Assembly (NCBI RefSeq): GCF_016432865.1
Contig: NC_067403.1
Location: forward strand, 245,396,001 to 245,460,000
Origin: Antechinus flavipes
Lineage: Eukaryota
Length of the DNA: 64,000 nt
Reading direction: 5' to 3'
The first letter of the stretch is position 1, and every line of letters starts with the position of its first letter. Shown here one piece after another: positions 12,340 to 25,786 of this stretch. Both the position numbers and the translations under genes were made by a program. The notes beneath the pieces were generated by a model that saw nothing but the letters and a program-made list of their open reading frames with translations, did no database searches and was not told where the DNA came from.

Positions 12340-13200
12340 ATTAGTCTTGTCTTGATATGGGGAATGGAGTACTCAAAGATCTATTATTGGCCATATGCTT
12401 GATATTGTTAGCAACATGTTTTTCAACATATAAAAAGCCTATTTATCACATTTTTAGATGACAGAAACCTGTATTGAGTAGAGAATTTACTGATAAAATT
12501 GGGATTCAGTCAGCATCAGAAAAAAGACTTTATAAGCTAATATATCAAATTGATTCTAAATTAAAGTCAATAGTAGTAAACATAAAATATTTTGAATCAA
12601 TATATAAATTTCAAAAGGAAACGATAGAGTGAATACAGCCAGAGTTAAGATTCTCTGGATAAAGGTTAAAATCAGAAGAATGACAAAATTAATGTGTCAA
12701 AATCAACAAGTTAAAACATAGTCAATGAAAGAAGATGTTTCCAAATCTTATTTATTGCATTGACTGAATGAATAGTCGTTTTATCTGGTAAAAAGATGAT
12801 ACAACTTTATAAGGATGCTGGAACTTGGTGATCCATTCTTTTCATCATATTTTAGAAATGGCCCTGATAAAGCTTGAGTTCATTCTGAGAAACTTGACTA
12901 AAGGGATCAAGGAACTATGGCTTATTTCTTCTAAAATATAAATGAAAAAACTGAAGCTAGGTTTCTAGATTTTTTAAAAATGATATTTATATAGCAGCTC
13001 TTTCAAGCACTTAAAAAAATTGTCCTATAAAAGAAATATCAGACATCCTCTACTTGAACTTCAATGTGACTAAAATAAAATTGGTAGGAATTGGAGAGAG
13101 AGAGCTAAGGGGAGAGGTACAGAAGACATTCCTAATAAGTAGAGTTATTCAGTCTTGGAATGAATTGCTTGAGGATATAATACATATGCTCTTACTTGTG
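12340..13200 (+). mobile_element. CR1/L3 LINE 3' portion, highly degenerate
   Basis: ORF-track peptide VQKTFLISRVIQSWNELLEDI resembles the CR1 ORF2 C-terminus (RKNFLTVRVVKHWNRLP). The upstream sequence resembles the eroded RT region. Confidence 0.55.
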
Positions 13201-13707
13201 TTTTACTATTCCAAATGTAAACATCTGCTTAGCACCCATATTATAGAAATTATCAGAGAAATCTGATATGACTGGAAATATATTTTTTAAACATCTTGAA
13301 ATCGTGTTAATTGTGATTCTTCAATTATTTCTTTTCCTGTGGATTCAAAGGATAAATAGCCCCAGCATTAAGAGGAGAACCTATAAAATAATTTCCTTAG
13401 ACTAAAAATGTGTTTAATTGCAAGAGCAAGAGCTCATAAATCCCAATGGATATTACACATTAGAATTAAAATGGAGGTTGGAAGTAATATAGGAAAACCA
13501 CCTCACTGTACACATAAGAAATTTATTTCTCAGAGTTATTCAGTCCTCAGGGGAAAAAAAATGAGACTAGAACTCTAGCTCTATTATCCTACCTTCAATT
13601 TTATTTCCTCCTTAGTTTTCATTTCAAACCAAATTAAATAATAATATTGAAAACAACAGTAAAAAATAATATAAATTTTAAATAAATAAGTAAATGCTAG
13701 ATGAATT

Positions 13708-13713
<6 letters not shown>

Positions 13714-13776
<63 letters not shown>
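13714..13776. repeat. (CT)n microsatellite
   Basis: Pure CT run of about 31 units. Confidence 0.95.
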
Positions 13777-13780
<4 letters not shown>

Positions 13781-13889
13781 CCACTCCTTATTCTCAACCC
13801 ACCCATATCTATTATTTTTCCTACCTAAATGATATAGAGTAAAAAATCACAGGAGAGGGTAATAAAGGTACTGGAATTAACTTCAATTT

Positions 13890-14140
13890 TTCACTATGTT
13901 TTTTGAGCAAGTAATTTCTTCTCTCTGGACTTCACTTTATTCACCTATAAGATCAGTAGACTTAACTATATGATGTCTAAACTCTTTGCCAACTTGGACT
14001 TTCTATGGTCTAACTTCTAATGCCTATAGTCTTTTTCTCCCTAGCTCTTATATTCAATGTGCTAAGCACTTCCCAGCTGCAATGTCTTATTTTCAAATCA
14101 ATTTGCATGATGAGGATCCTTCCAGTTCTGATGTTCTAAT
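13890..14140 (+). mobile_element. MIR3-type SINE with reiterated 3' tail
   Basis: tgagcaagtaatttcttctctctggacttcactttattcacctataagat core followed by repeated ttccagttctgatgttcta-type tail units. Confidence 0.55.
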
Positions 14141-14429
14141 ATGCTGACAGGTGAGAACTTGATCATTCCTTAAAGAATGTAACAAGCAGAAGAAATTTCA
14201 ATAGATATTCCCTTTACAGAAGCACAGATACGTTAACCAATAGGTAAAGTAATGATGAAAGACTTAGAAGCACTCAAAGCTTTTCTATAAAAGTAAATTG
14301 AAAAATTAGATCCTTAATGGAATTGAAAATTCAAACAATAAGGTGCATACAGAACATCTGATCAGAAAACACACAACAAAAGACACTGACAGTCTTCTCC
14401 CATTAGGAAGATCTGCATTTACATCTGTT

Positions 14430-14580
14430 TTCAGACAGGATCTTTAGCTAGTCATTTAGCCTCTTTCTGGCTAATAATAATAAATAATAATAAAATGGGG
14501 GTCAAGAAAATCTTTCTCTTAGGGTTTTTGTGAGAGGAAATATTAGAATGATATCTATAAAGTACTTTTCAAACGATAGA
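14430..14580 (+). mobile_element. MIR SINE fragment
   Basis: ctagtcatttagcctct...aaaatggggg...agggtttttgtgagagg...tataaagtacttt. Confidence 0.55.
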
Positions 14581-15742
14581 CATGTATATATAGCTAGATA
14601 GATATAGATAGGTAAAAATAGATACATACATGCATATGTGTGGATGGATGGGATATGTGTATTATATATTTTATACATGATTTAAAAGTTAGTATAAACA
14701 CATACACAAATAAACACAAAATAAAATAAACTAGTGTGTGATATGTCACATATTAGTTTATTTTATTTTTATCATACAATTTTGGAATTTAAATGCATAT
14801 TTAGAAATTAATTTAACTTTTCCCTGAGCTGGAATCACCTCTGAACATACTTGGAAATGGTCATCTATTTTTTTTTTCCCAGGGAAAAAACCCACTGAAT
14901 TAGAGCCCACTACTTTTAAAAAATATCCAGGTATACTTTTATATCATTCTGTTGAGAAATTTTACTTTGAATGAAAATTAATTGACCTTTTTAGAATCTC
15001 TGGGATCATATTTCTGTATTGCTACTTATAGTTTGTGTAATTGAACAAATTGGTTCTATTTTACAAAATTGAGGCATTTGATAAGGGATTTGCAGCTCTA
15101 AGATTTTATACTTATATGACAAGGTCCAATTTAGTGGAATATTCCCATTATCCATATAATTTTCTCTTTTCAGAGGCAATATCAAAAGATCTAGCAGAAG
15201 GACAAAGATGAATTTCAGATTTTCCATTTATACCATATTTCCTTTCAGCAAGTCAAAGAATCACAAAATATAAATTTAGATGACTTTATAGAGATTATTT
15301 AGTCCAATAACCTCAATATACTTCAGTATCTCCTATTTGGTTGTAAATTTTGCCATCTATAATATGACTATTCTGTACTACAAGGAATCTATTCTGGGAG
15401 AGGTCAGGGAAATAAAGACAGTAGAAAGATAACTGTCTCTGAAATGAGAGAACAGGGGTTCAAAAACATCTTGGGTTCTTTCCCCCAAATTACTCTATTT
15501 CACTAGACATCACCTTCTTCCGTGACAAAATGAAGACTGATTGGCTTCTGAGATCTCTTCCATATCCATGATACTAAGATCTAAGATACTCTCCTGGTCT
15601 AAAGTCTATGCAATTTTTCAGTGAAAAAACATTTTATCTTGAGGAGTTGTAATTATTGTTCACAGACTTTTTTTTTTTCTAATTAATTCTATTTATTTTT
15701 GTTTTTCCTTCCCCACAGTCATTGTCATGACAAATCAAGTGG

Positions 15743-16681
15743 ATGGCCAAGGAAAATTTCACAGTGGTCACAGAGTTCCTCCTTTTAGGACTGACAGATC
15801 ATGCAGAATTGAAAGTGTTTCTCTTTATGCTTTTCTTGGTTATATATGTCATTTCATTGATTGGGAATCTTGGAATGATTGTATTAATTCAAATCACTCC
15901 CAAGCTTCACACTCCTATGTACTTTTTCCTCAGTTGCCTGTCCTTTGTTGATGCTTGCTATTGTTCTGTTTTTGGACCAAAAATGCTTGTCAATTTCTTT
16001 GAAGAGAAGGCAACCATATCATTCACTGCTTGTATTGTGCAATATTTTCTATTTGTGGTTCTTCTTACCACTGAAGGATTTTTCCTAGCAGTGATGGCAT
16101 ATGACCGATATGTGGCAATTGCTAATCCATTGCTTTACATGGTGGTCATGACTAGGAGAGTGTGTGCCATCCTGGTCATTGGGTCATGTATAGGGGGAAT
16201 GATTAATTCCCTGACACACACAATTGGTTTAGTCAGATTATCCTTCTGTGGGCCAAATATCATTAGCCATTTTTTCTGTGATTTGCCCCCACTGCTGAAG
16301 CTTTCCTGCTCTGATACTTCCAGAAATGAATTGCTGCTCCTGATATTCTCAGGAGTCATTGCCATAATCACTTTCTTGACTGTAATCATCTCTTATATCT
16401 TTATTGTTATTGCCATTCTCAGGATCCACTCAGCAGCTGGGAGATACAAAGCCTTTTCCACCTGTGCTTCCCACCTGACAGCTGTGACATTGTTCTATGG
16501 CTCCATAAGTTTTAGCTACATTCAACCAAGCTCCCAATATTCACTTGAACAAGAAAAAGTGGTTTCTGTGTTTTATACAATGGTAATCCCAATGCTTAAT
16601 CCATTGATTTATAGCTTAAGAAATAAGGAAGTTAAAGATGCTATGAAAAGGGCAGTAGAATTGAAACCATCTTTCTGTTAA
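15743..16681 (+). CDS. OR5J2: Olfactory receptor, family 5, OR5J2-like (312 aa, intact)
   Basis: [78 protein letters not shown] and [15 protein letters not shown] closely match OR5J2 as I recall it. Strong acceptor ttttccttccccacAG (15717-15718). Could be the counterpart of another OR5J member. Confidence 0.93.
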   Translation: MAKENFTVVTEFLLLGLTDHAELKVFLFMLFLVIYVISLIGNLGMIVLIQITPKLHTPMYFFLSCLSFVDACYCSVFGPKMLVNFFEEKATISFTACIVQYFLFVVLLTTEGFFLAVMAYDRYVAIANPLLYMVVMTRRVCAILVIGSCIGGMINSLTHTIGLVRLSFCGPNIISHFFCDLPPLLKLSCSDTSRNELLLLIFSGVIAIITFLTVIISYIFIVIAILRIHSAAGRYKAFSTCASHLTAVTLFYGSISFSYIQPSSQYSLEQEKVVSVFYTMVIPMLNPLIYSLRNKEVKDAMKRAVELKPSFC

Positions 16682-18939
16682 TGTTAGAGGTCCTTTTTTG
16701 TCCAAAAATGGCATAACATCTATTAGAGTTCTACAAGTCAAATATTGGAAGCAATGACATTTTAGAGCTGGTAGATACATTATAAAAAATGGAATCTAGA
16801 ACACAAGACCTGGTATTTTGTCAAAACTCAACAAGTAGAAGTCCCTGCAATTTTTTTTTTTTAATTTTCAGAACAGAAAAGGGAGATATAGAAGAGAAAG
16901 TGATCCATCTGTGGTCACATAGCCAGTTGTAGAGTAAAAATTAGAACTATCTAATCCCTAATGGCTAATACCTTATCTTTTCCCTTAAAAGTTGAATTCT
17001 AGGCACTTGCAGCTCTAATATTTTATAATTTGTTCTTCATTATTTTATCCCAATATCTATGTGAAGTAATAAAATTTGGGGTTAGGAGCATCCATATAGG
17101 ACAATATAATATTTTTTTAGAAATATAATAAATTATCTGACTTTGAAGGGATCTTTGAAAACAGAAAACAGAATTTTTGGGACTTCGCTGTATCCCAAAG
17201 GTTATCAACTGCAATCCTTTCTTTTTGCTATTAGTTAAATGACTTTTCCAAGTTGGCATGATCAAAATAATTGTGATAGACCAAGATAGTCTTAAATTTT
17301 GGCCAATAACTCTTAGATTATATTTTATACTGACCACTGATTTATACACAAACTTTTCAATTTGGAACTGCATATACAAGAACTTTGATTCTGAATTGAC
17401 CTGTCTAATCTAAATGCTTATACCAATTTACAAAAATAAAAGGTTTTATAGAATATTAAATGGAGAAAGAATGTTTTATTTTATAGTACAATTTCCCAAT
17501 GATATTAATATAGTTATTTTCATATTAGAAAAAAAATTATAAAATAATATAGAGACCCCAATCTGAATAGGATTTCAGAGTAAGTTTTAAAAGAATAAGA
17601 AGGATAACAGACATTAGAATCATCAATATAGCCTTTTTATAAAAGAGGAAAAATAAACTGAGAAAGGGAAAACTACTTAACCAAAATCATACAGTTACTA
17701 TAAAAGCTACCAATCAATTTCCCAGATAATCTAATCTAAATCCAGTATTCTATTCAGTATGCTAAAGTTTTTTTTTTTTTTTATCTTGGAGTCCTTTGAC
17801 AATTTGGTAAAATCTATGAATAACTTATCAGAAAAAATTGTTTTTAAATAATTGAAGGAAATGCTAAATTTCAATTAAAAGTTAGTAAAAGCAAAGATGT
17901 ATTTTTTCTTCCTCCATCAAATCTGTAGACACCATTGACACTTTCCCTTTAGTATGCTGAATATTTTTATTGTTTTTAATAATCAATTAATCATCCAAGA
18001 AAGTAGATTGTGAGGTTTTTATAATACATATAATATCAGGAGTCTATAGTTCATTCAATTCCTTCCTGTTCTTTGCCCCCTACCATTCATCTCTGTCTCT
18101 TCTGTCTCTTCAAATGATACATAATCAGTGATATGCTATAACTAATATAAATATAAAATTAATACAAATTACAAAACAGAAATTTTGTTGTTGTTGTTAT
18201 TAACATGTATATTTGTTTTTAACCTATTCTTTAATTCCCCAATCTATTCAAATCTCCTAGATGGAGCTTGCCATGACAATTACGGCTGTCACTACTATTA
18301 CACTCCTCAAAGTTTCTTTGACCCTTTATATATGACATCATCCATTTAGAAAATAATCAATACTGCTTTACATTGCTAGATATTTGCTATAATTATAAGA
18401 TAGCCTTCTTTTATAGATTACAAGCTTCTTTCAAAAGAGGACTATTCCTTGTATTTGCTATCTTTCCTATAATAATTCTTTCCCAATCAAGTTTTTCAAG
18501 ATCCAAAAAAAAAGTGTTTTGTCAATACTTGTTAGAAAATTTTATGATCATACAGTTAATATTGCTGGGAAGACTAAAGATGATTTGATACAGCACTCTA
18601 ATTTTATACAATAAAGAAAACAAGGAACAAAACGTTCAAGTGACTCACTTAAAGTGAAATAGAAAATAACTCAAGTCAGGTTCTGCAACTGCAATTCCAA
18701 TTTTCTTTTTTACATGTTACTAATTTCCTTGCATTTGGATATATGTGGATAGATATTGGATGTATATTTGGATATATGGAATACTGAATATATAAAAGAT
18801 AATGAATGAGTGGATGGAGTGATTATAGTATGATGTAGTAGAAGACAAACCAGATTTGCAATCTTATGTAACACATAAGAGTACTGGCTTCTTCTTAAAC
18901 TGGTGAAGTGATTATAATTATGACATCTAAATATGCTTA

Positions 18940-19100
18940 TAGTCCAATACAATCAAATAAACATTTCTTAATTAAATACTATGTACAAGACACTATGTTA
19001 AACTCTATGAATATAATTAATAAAAATAAATGTAATCTTCACTCACAAAATTACATTAACATTTTCCTGCCCTCAAGGAGTTTATAGTCTAAAGGCAACA
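18940..19100 (-). mobile_element. L2 3' end fragment
   Basis: tactatgtacaagacactatgttaa...cctgccctcaaggagtttatagtcta. Confidence 0.55.
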
Positions 19101-21034
19101 TTATGCTGTTAAGAAAAGGAAATAAGCAATAAATAGTCCCAAACTGATTTTTTCATATTATGTATTCTACCTAACATCAGAGTGTACAGGAGTTTTATTG
19201 TCAGGTTCTTAATAACTCTCAGCTGAATCTTCTATTCCCCAGTTTTGCTTCTGTGACTTACAATGATTCATCTTGTTATGCCATTTGTAATCTCCATTGG
19301 ATCTACCAACCACTGAAAAGCACCTTCTATGATACAGAGTATAAAGTATGATCTATTTAATCAAGTAGAGGAGTTAGACACAAAAAGTATTTCATAATAA
19401 AATACAGAAGTATAGTCATTCTATATTACAATAGCATGGAGTCTTGAGGAAACATCATTGGAGTCTCATTTTCCAAATCAAGAAATTCAAGAAACTCAAT
19501 TTGGTATCTCAAGAGTTCCTTCTAGGCATAAACTTTATGATTTCTTCAGTTCTACTGTTATACTGGGTATTGATTTATTTGAAATAAATTGTTCAATTCA
19601 ATAAATAGCTATTAAATATGTGCCAAATACAAAATAATGTTAAGCAGGAGACCTTTAAATAATACCCAGACACCACATTCACAAATATTATGGACAATAG
19701 ACATTAATAAATACATTTAAATTTTTGTAGTACACATAAAATGAATAAAAGAGTTTCAAAGGTGGAAGATGAAAGAACTCTGAAGGTAAAAAACTGAAAA
19801 ACTGAAAAGGTAAGAAAGTGTGAAGAGAAACTGGAGACAAGTAACATCATGGAATGGAAATACTGATGAATCAAGGGAGAAACCTCAAATAAGCAAAATT
19901 AATAAAGAGGTAAACTAAAAAAACAGGTTCAAATATATTAATTGGAAAAAAAAAGAATTAATTCTTCCCGCATAAAAAACTATGAAAAATATAATACCAT
20001 GAAAGACAAGTATTTTATTTAAAATTACACTTCAAAAGGAATTAATAAATTTAAGAATAAATATTAAGGATTAAATCAGTTCATAAAGCAGAGAATCTAA
20101 AAGTGAAATAATGAAAACAATGAAAGATTTTAGAATATAACAGATGAAATAGAAATTCTCTCCAAAGAAGTAGAGTCTTTTAAGTACAATTAAAACAATT
20201 TAGTACTTCTTAAAAAAAAAAAAAAAACTCAATCTATGGCATAGGTTAAGGACACAAAATATAGAAAGAAAATAAAGTAACTTAGTGGTAAATAAATTCA
20301 AAGAGGTCAAATATGCATTTGCATACACACATATATAATTTTGCATATATATACACACATAGATGTGCAAATCATGCATGTATTTATACATATGCCTATA
20401 CTTCTTTGAATCACATCAGCTATGTATAAATATGAACACACACACACTATATATACACACACACACACGTGTGTGTGTGCATTTGCATGCATGTATATTT
20501 ATATGAATATATCCTTTGTTAATGGGCAATATTGGGGATTTTATTTCTTGAATATATGTATTTGTTAAAATAGCTTGGTTTGGATTTTCAAAGAGGGACT
20601 ATTTGTATGAGGGAGTATTTTTGTTAATTAAAAATATCAATAAAATTAAATTTAAATCAAAGAAATAGAGACTGAAAAATAATATGATAGATTTAGGAGT
20701 CAAAAACTCAATGGACTGCAAAAATGCAGATATAAATTTTGAAGAAGAGAAAAAAAAGTTTTTAAAATTATATTAAAAGAACATCCTGCATTCTACAACA
20801 GACTAAAAATTGATCTTGCTGATTTAATTCATAGAAGCCTAAAATTAATGGTTTTGAGATAAGAACAATGGCATGTATATTGAACTTCAGACATTTAATA
20901 GTTTGGACATAGTGAGGACATAGGAAAGACACAAAAATCTCCAAACCTCAATTTTTTTTTATTCTGGAATATTATAAGGATTCTTATACAACTGACTTCA
21001 TAGGTTTATAGAAGGGAGAGCTTTACAAATATTA

Positions 21035-21076
<42 letters not shown>

Positions 21077-22309
21077 AAAAAAAAAACCTTTCAACATATA
21101 ATATCTTTTTGTGGGAGTAAACAGCTAGAGAAGTGTATTGAACAATCATTTCAGTCATGTCTGACTCTAGTGGTACAGTAATATTTGAGTTCCATAGGAA
21201 AATATTATCACAAATAATATAGAGAAGGAAGAATATATTTATATTACCAAAGCTAAAAAAATAAATAAATAAATAAATAAGGGAAATAATATACATGATG
21301 ACTACAGCAATGTAATATACATGATAACTACAGCCTAATTTGAATATCATGAATTTTAATGACCCAGGTTTTGGGTTTAGCTTTGAATGAAAAAAAAAAA
21401 GGTGGGGAGGAGGATTTATTTCCCTCTAGTTTTTGCAGAAGTGGAAGACTATAGGAATGAAACACTGAATAATGTCAAACTTCACTGATATGATGATTAG
21501 TTGGCATATTCATTCAATTTGTATTTACTAGTTCATTTAACTATAAATTTACTTATTGTTATAAGTGATATCTCACTGGGTGACTATTGGAAGTTACACT
21601 GATTCAGCTACATATTGAATAATCTTCTGGTAAAGGAGATACTAAGTTTTCAATTTTCAGTCTCACTGGCTGTATATCATATTCTTATGCCAACAAATTG
21701 TTATATTCTTCCTACTTTTGGGAGGAACTGAGATTCAATGTTCCAACCCCTTTTGCTAAGGTATCTATATAGATTGTCTTAAAGTTACCTATAAAAGCCG
21801 TACCTACTTTGAAGACATTGCTAATCTTTAGTGAACAGATGGTCAATGTTATTGTTACCTGACATGCTTATAATAAATTTCTTTTAATTCTTTTTGTGAT
21901 GAACTTTGTCTCATTAACCAGGGGAAAAGCCCAAATTTCTGATTTTCTTTTCAACATAACCAAGGGAAAAATTACTAGAGAGGAATGATGAAGAATTAAG
22001 AGTAAAAAATGATAAAAAGAATATTTGATTCACAAACACTCAAATTAACAGAAAGTCAACTAAATATATGTAATTACTAAAATAAAAGTTAAACAGTAAT
22101 TTAGGATCTCACATTTGTGTTCTTTTTATATTTAAAATTTAAAACAATGAGAGAAGAAAATGAGCAAATTCTTCCTTTTTCCACCCATCTTTAGTATACA
22201 CCTGTCATCCATACTTTCTTGTGGCTCTAAGCAGGAGTAGAATGTTCAGGAGATACAATCTCTTAAAATCATTTAGATAATTGGGTATGTTGAGAGTAAT
22301 CAATAGGCC

Positions 22310-22625
22310 TCAAACTTATTGGTGAGTTAGGTGAGTTGACTTCTTAATTGGTGGTGGAAAAGGTGATGAGAATAATTTTCCAATGGTCTCAAAGGTAGCT
22401 GAAGAAGGCATTGAGGAGTGCTTAGAGCTTGGTCAGACTCAAAGACACCAAGGCCAATCCATTACCATTATTTTTGACTTTTGTTTTCCCATAGAACTTC
22501 CCATTGTGACTTTGGAAGACAGATTAAGATTGATGACTTTATGAACTCTTCCTCACATTCAATTTACACAGAAGTCAAGACATCATCTGGTGATGACATT
22601 AATCCAGACAGAAGAATAAATAACA
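22310..22625 (+). mobile_element. RTE-related SINE fragment
   Basis: gagcttggtcagactcaaagacaccaagg...gatgactttatgaactcttcctcac...agtcaagacatcatctggtgatgacatt; same general family as 7420-7590. Confidence 0.5.
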
Positions 22626-24792
22626 ATTGTCTTGATCTACCTATGAAAAATTAAAATTTTTTCAATTATTTAGATCTGACTTTTCATGTGAAAAGTATTT
22701 TGTAATTGTATTCGCATATTTCCTGGGTTTACCTTAACAGATAGATATCTAGTATGCCCCTCTGGAGCTTACTTTCATCATCTGTGAAATAGAAATAATT
22801 ATGTTTGTATTTACTGCCCTGCAGAATTATTATAAGAAAAGGATTTCACAAAAGGAAATTTCACATATAAGTATGAGCTACTCAATATAACATAAGGGAA
22901 GTCTTCTATGTTACCAATGAGGAAACTGAAATTTACAGAATTGAAGTGGTTAGAGAATATATTCCCTTTTTCCACCCACCACCAGCTCCATAGGGGCCAT
23001 GCACTGTTCTTGTTGAGCTGTTACAAATTGTGGATCACATAATGATGTGTAGGAATCCTTAATGGCTGGAACAATTTCACATACTAACAATAAACTACGC
23101 AGATGGGTGATTTTTTGGATAGAGTGCTTTATCTGGAATCAGGAAATTTTTGTTCATGTCATAATCAATTTATTGTTACCCTATTTGAAGTTTTCTTGAA
23201 AAAGACATTGGGATGGTTTGCTACTTACTTTTCCAGCTCATTTTACAAATTAGAGAACTGAGGCAAGCAGAGATAAATGACTTGTTAAGAGTCACAAAGC
23301 TAGTAAGTATCTAAGATTATATTTGAAGCCTGTTGTTCCTAACTCCAGATTCAGAGAATTATCCAAGGAGATGTGTAGTGATTACTGTTCTGCCTATGCT
23401 TTGATCTATAAGTGAGCACGAGCAATATTCCCTTTACTGGAACTGTGAAGATGAAGATGATGATGATGATGATGGTGATGATGTTAATGAAAACAGTGAT
23501 GATGGTGCAAAAACCTCACTGAATTTTAAATGTTTATTTTTCTCAGTGATTGCTGATATTGAATTAAATTTTTTTTTTGAAAAATATAATTCCAAAAATA
23601 CTGTTAAAATGTCATTAATATACCTGGAAATGGTGATTGTGTTTTCCTCATACATTTTTGGATTACAGGTAGTATTCTATTCTTTCTAGTAACAAGGATC
23701 TTTCCCCCTAGAATTCTCAGATTTCTGAGATGAGCAAATATGGAACAATTTTCTATGAAACTGACAAAAGGTCAAAAGACAGAATTACCATAGTTTCAAT
23801 AAAAGTATTGTTAAAGGTTTATTCCCAGATCCAGCTCTGGTTCTCTTAAAGGACAATTTAATTATCTGACATATGCTTAAACTAAAACCCTATACTTAAG
23901 AGGGTCACTGGGGATTTCATCCCTGAACAGCTCTATGCCAAATATAAAACAAAGGCATCACCCAAACATAAGGATACCAGGAAGGCAGGCTAAGTCTCAT
24001 CAACAGGTAGGTTATTAATATTTGTATAAATAATTCTATTGGATTTTATGTAAGTTATTCGAGATTACTTACAGTCTAATAAGAAATATTTCAAGCAAAG
24101 AGTAGTCAATTAAAGAAGATTTTTGACAAGCATTAATACATTTTTTAAGTTAAAAGCTGCAATAAGACTTTTGAAATACATTGTCTTTGCCTTGATAGAA
24201 ATTTTGAGTTGATAGTTTTTTTTTTCCCCATATTATAATGTATAGACATTTTTAATCTTAAATTACTGGAGATTTTGTTGAATTAGATTATTATTTGGAT
24301 AAAATTTAAATAGTATGTAAATGATAAAATTTTACATTATGATTGCTAATATAATTGTTATTATTATTTCATTAAGGTATTTTATCATGATTTTCACAGT
24401 AACATTTCTGAAATGTAATGAATTCCACGTTGTTACTGTTATTTTATACGCTCTTAAATATCAGCCTCATGACCTTGGAAATAAAGGGGAAAATATGAAC
24501 ATTAAATATCATAACAATAAATATTTAATTAAAATATTATTATGATATTATAACAATAAATATTTAATTAAAATATTATTATGATAGAGGTTGATACCTT
24601 TATCTTTCAAAGTGTTTGGGATGTATTAATGGCTATTATTTGGATACAATCAAAAGTTTTATTTTTCTTCAAACACACCAGGGACAAATCCTTTAGTAAT
24701 TAATAATAAAATAAAGTATTACTTTATTACTTAGTTTCTTATTTAATAATTCTATCAATCTATCATATCAATGATGTATGTGTCTTTCATAA

Positions 24793-24942
24793 NNNNNNNN
24801 NNNNNNNNNNNNNNNNNNNNNNNNNNNNNNNNNNNNNNNNNNNNNNNNNNNNNNNNNNNNNNNNNNNNNNNNNNNNNNNNNNNNNNNNNNNNNNNNNNNN
24901 NNNNNNNNNNNNNNNNNNNNNNNNNNNNNNNNNNNNNNNNNN
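24793..24942. other. Assembly gap (150 N)
   Basis: N run. ORFs spanning it are artefacts. Confidence 1.
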
Positions 24943-24948
24943 TCCACA

Positions 24949-25457
24949 TGTGATAAAATACCCACAAATTATCTTACATTCATCATCTATTACCATGGAT
25001 ATAATAACCACTTGACAAAAACAATTTACTGAGAACTGACTAAACCTGACCAGTTTTTGATTCAAAAGTCAATGAATTGCTTGGGGCAGAGAAGACATTA
25101 TCATCCCCACTTCCAGATTTTTTTTTTTGAATATCCCAAATTATCTTCTCACCAGAATCCCAAGCTTTTTTGGAACAATTTATTGTGATACAAAACAAAT
25201 TATTTGGTCACCAACCCCAAACCTGGCCATTCCCCCTAATTAATACCTTTCACCTGACTCATTCTCTCTGCATGACTTCTCCCACCTCCACCTCCACCAA
25301 TCTCTCTGCCTTAGGACTTTATAGAAACCTTGTTCCCAGCCCCCTTGTTGGATACCCCAACACTTATTATGTGGCAACCCAAGCTGCATCTTTCTTGCCT
25401 TAATTAAAAACCTTAATTTTGTTGTATTGTCCATTTTCATTAAAATTAAGGTTGACA
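24949..25457 (+). mobile_element. Solo ERV LTR candidate
   Basis: TG start (tgtgataaaa), TATA-like ctttatagaa near 25318, aattaaaa polyA signal near 25403, ends aaggttgaCA. The 3' half resembles 50624-50859. No TSD found. Confidence 0.6.
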
Positions 25458-25492
25458 AATTAGCTCATTTTATCCTCACCTTTCATCTAAAC

Positions 25493-25786
25493 TGTTAACA
25501 GCCCCTAGATGTCCCAGTGCTACCAGGTTCCTTCCTTGCTGTTTTAACCCTTAAAGTAATCATCTTAAGAAACAAGGCTGAGAGACCCACTGCCTCAACT
25601 TGTCAGTTAGGTTTCCCCTCTTCAAAAAATTAAAACCCTCTTAGTATCCGAGTCCTTCACATGATGAATCATTTTAGAGTTGAGCTAAGATACTCTCTTC
25701 TCTATGAATCTCTCTCCAAACTCTTCTTTCCAAAGCAAAAATTCACAAATTTTCTTATTTTTAAAATCTCAATCTAAATCTTATCA
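25493..25786 (+). mobile_element. Second solo LTR candidate
   Basis: tgttaacagcccc...ttatCA termini with pyrimidine-rich R/U5-like content. No TSD found. Confidence 0.4.

Noticed and set aside
16135-16389. Antisense and alternate-frame ORFs overlapping OR CDSs (also 27572-27754, 40407-40842)
   Set aside because: Expected shadows of real coding sequence; no independent support.
24755-25065. ORFs spanning the first gap
   Set aside because: Open only because N bases translate as X.
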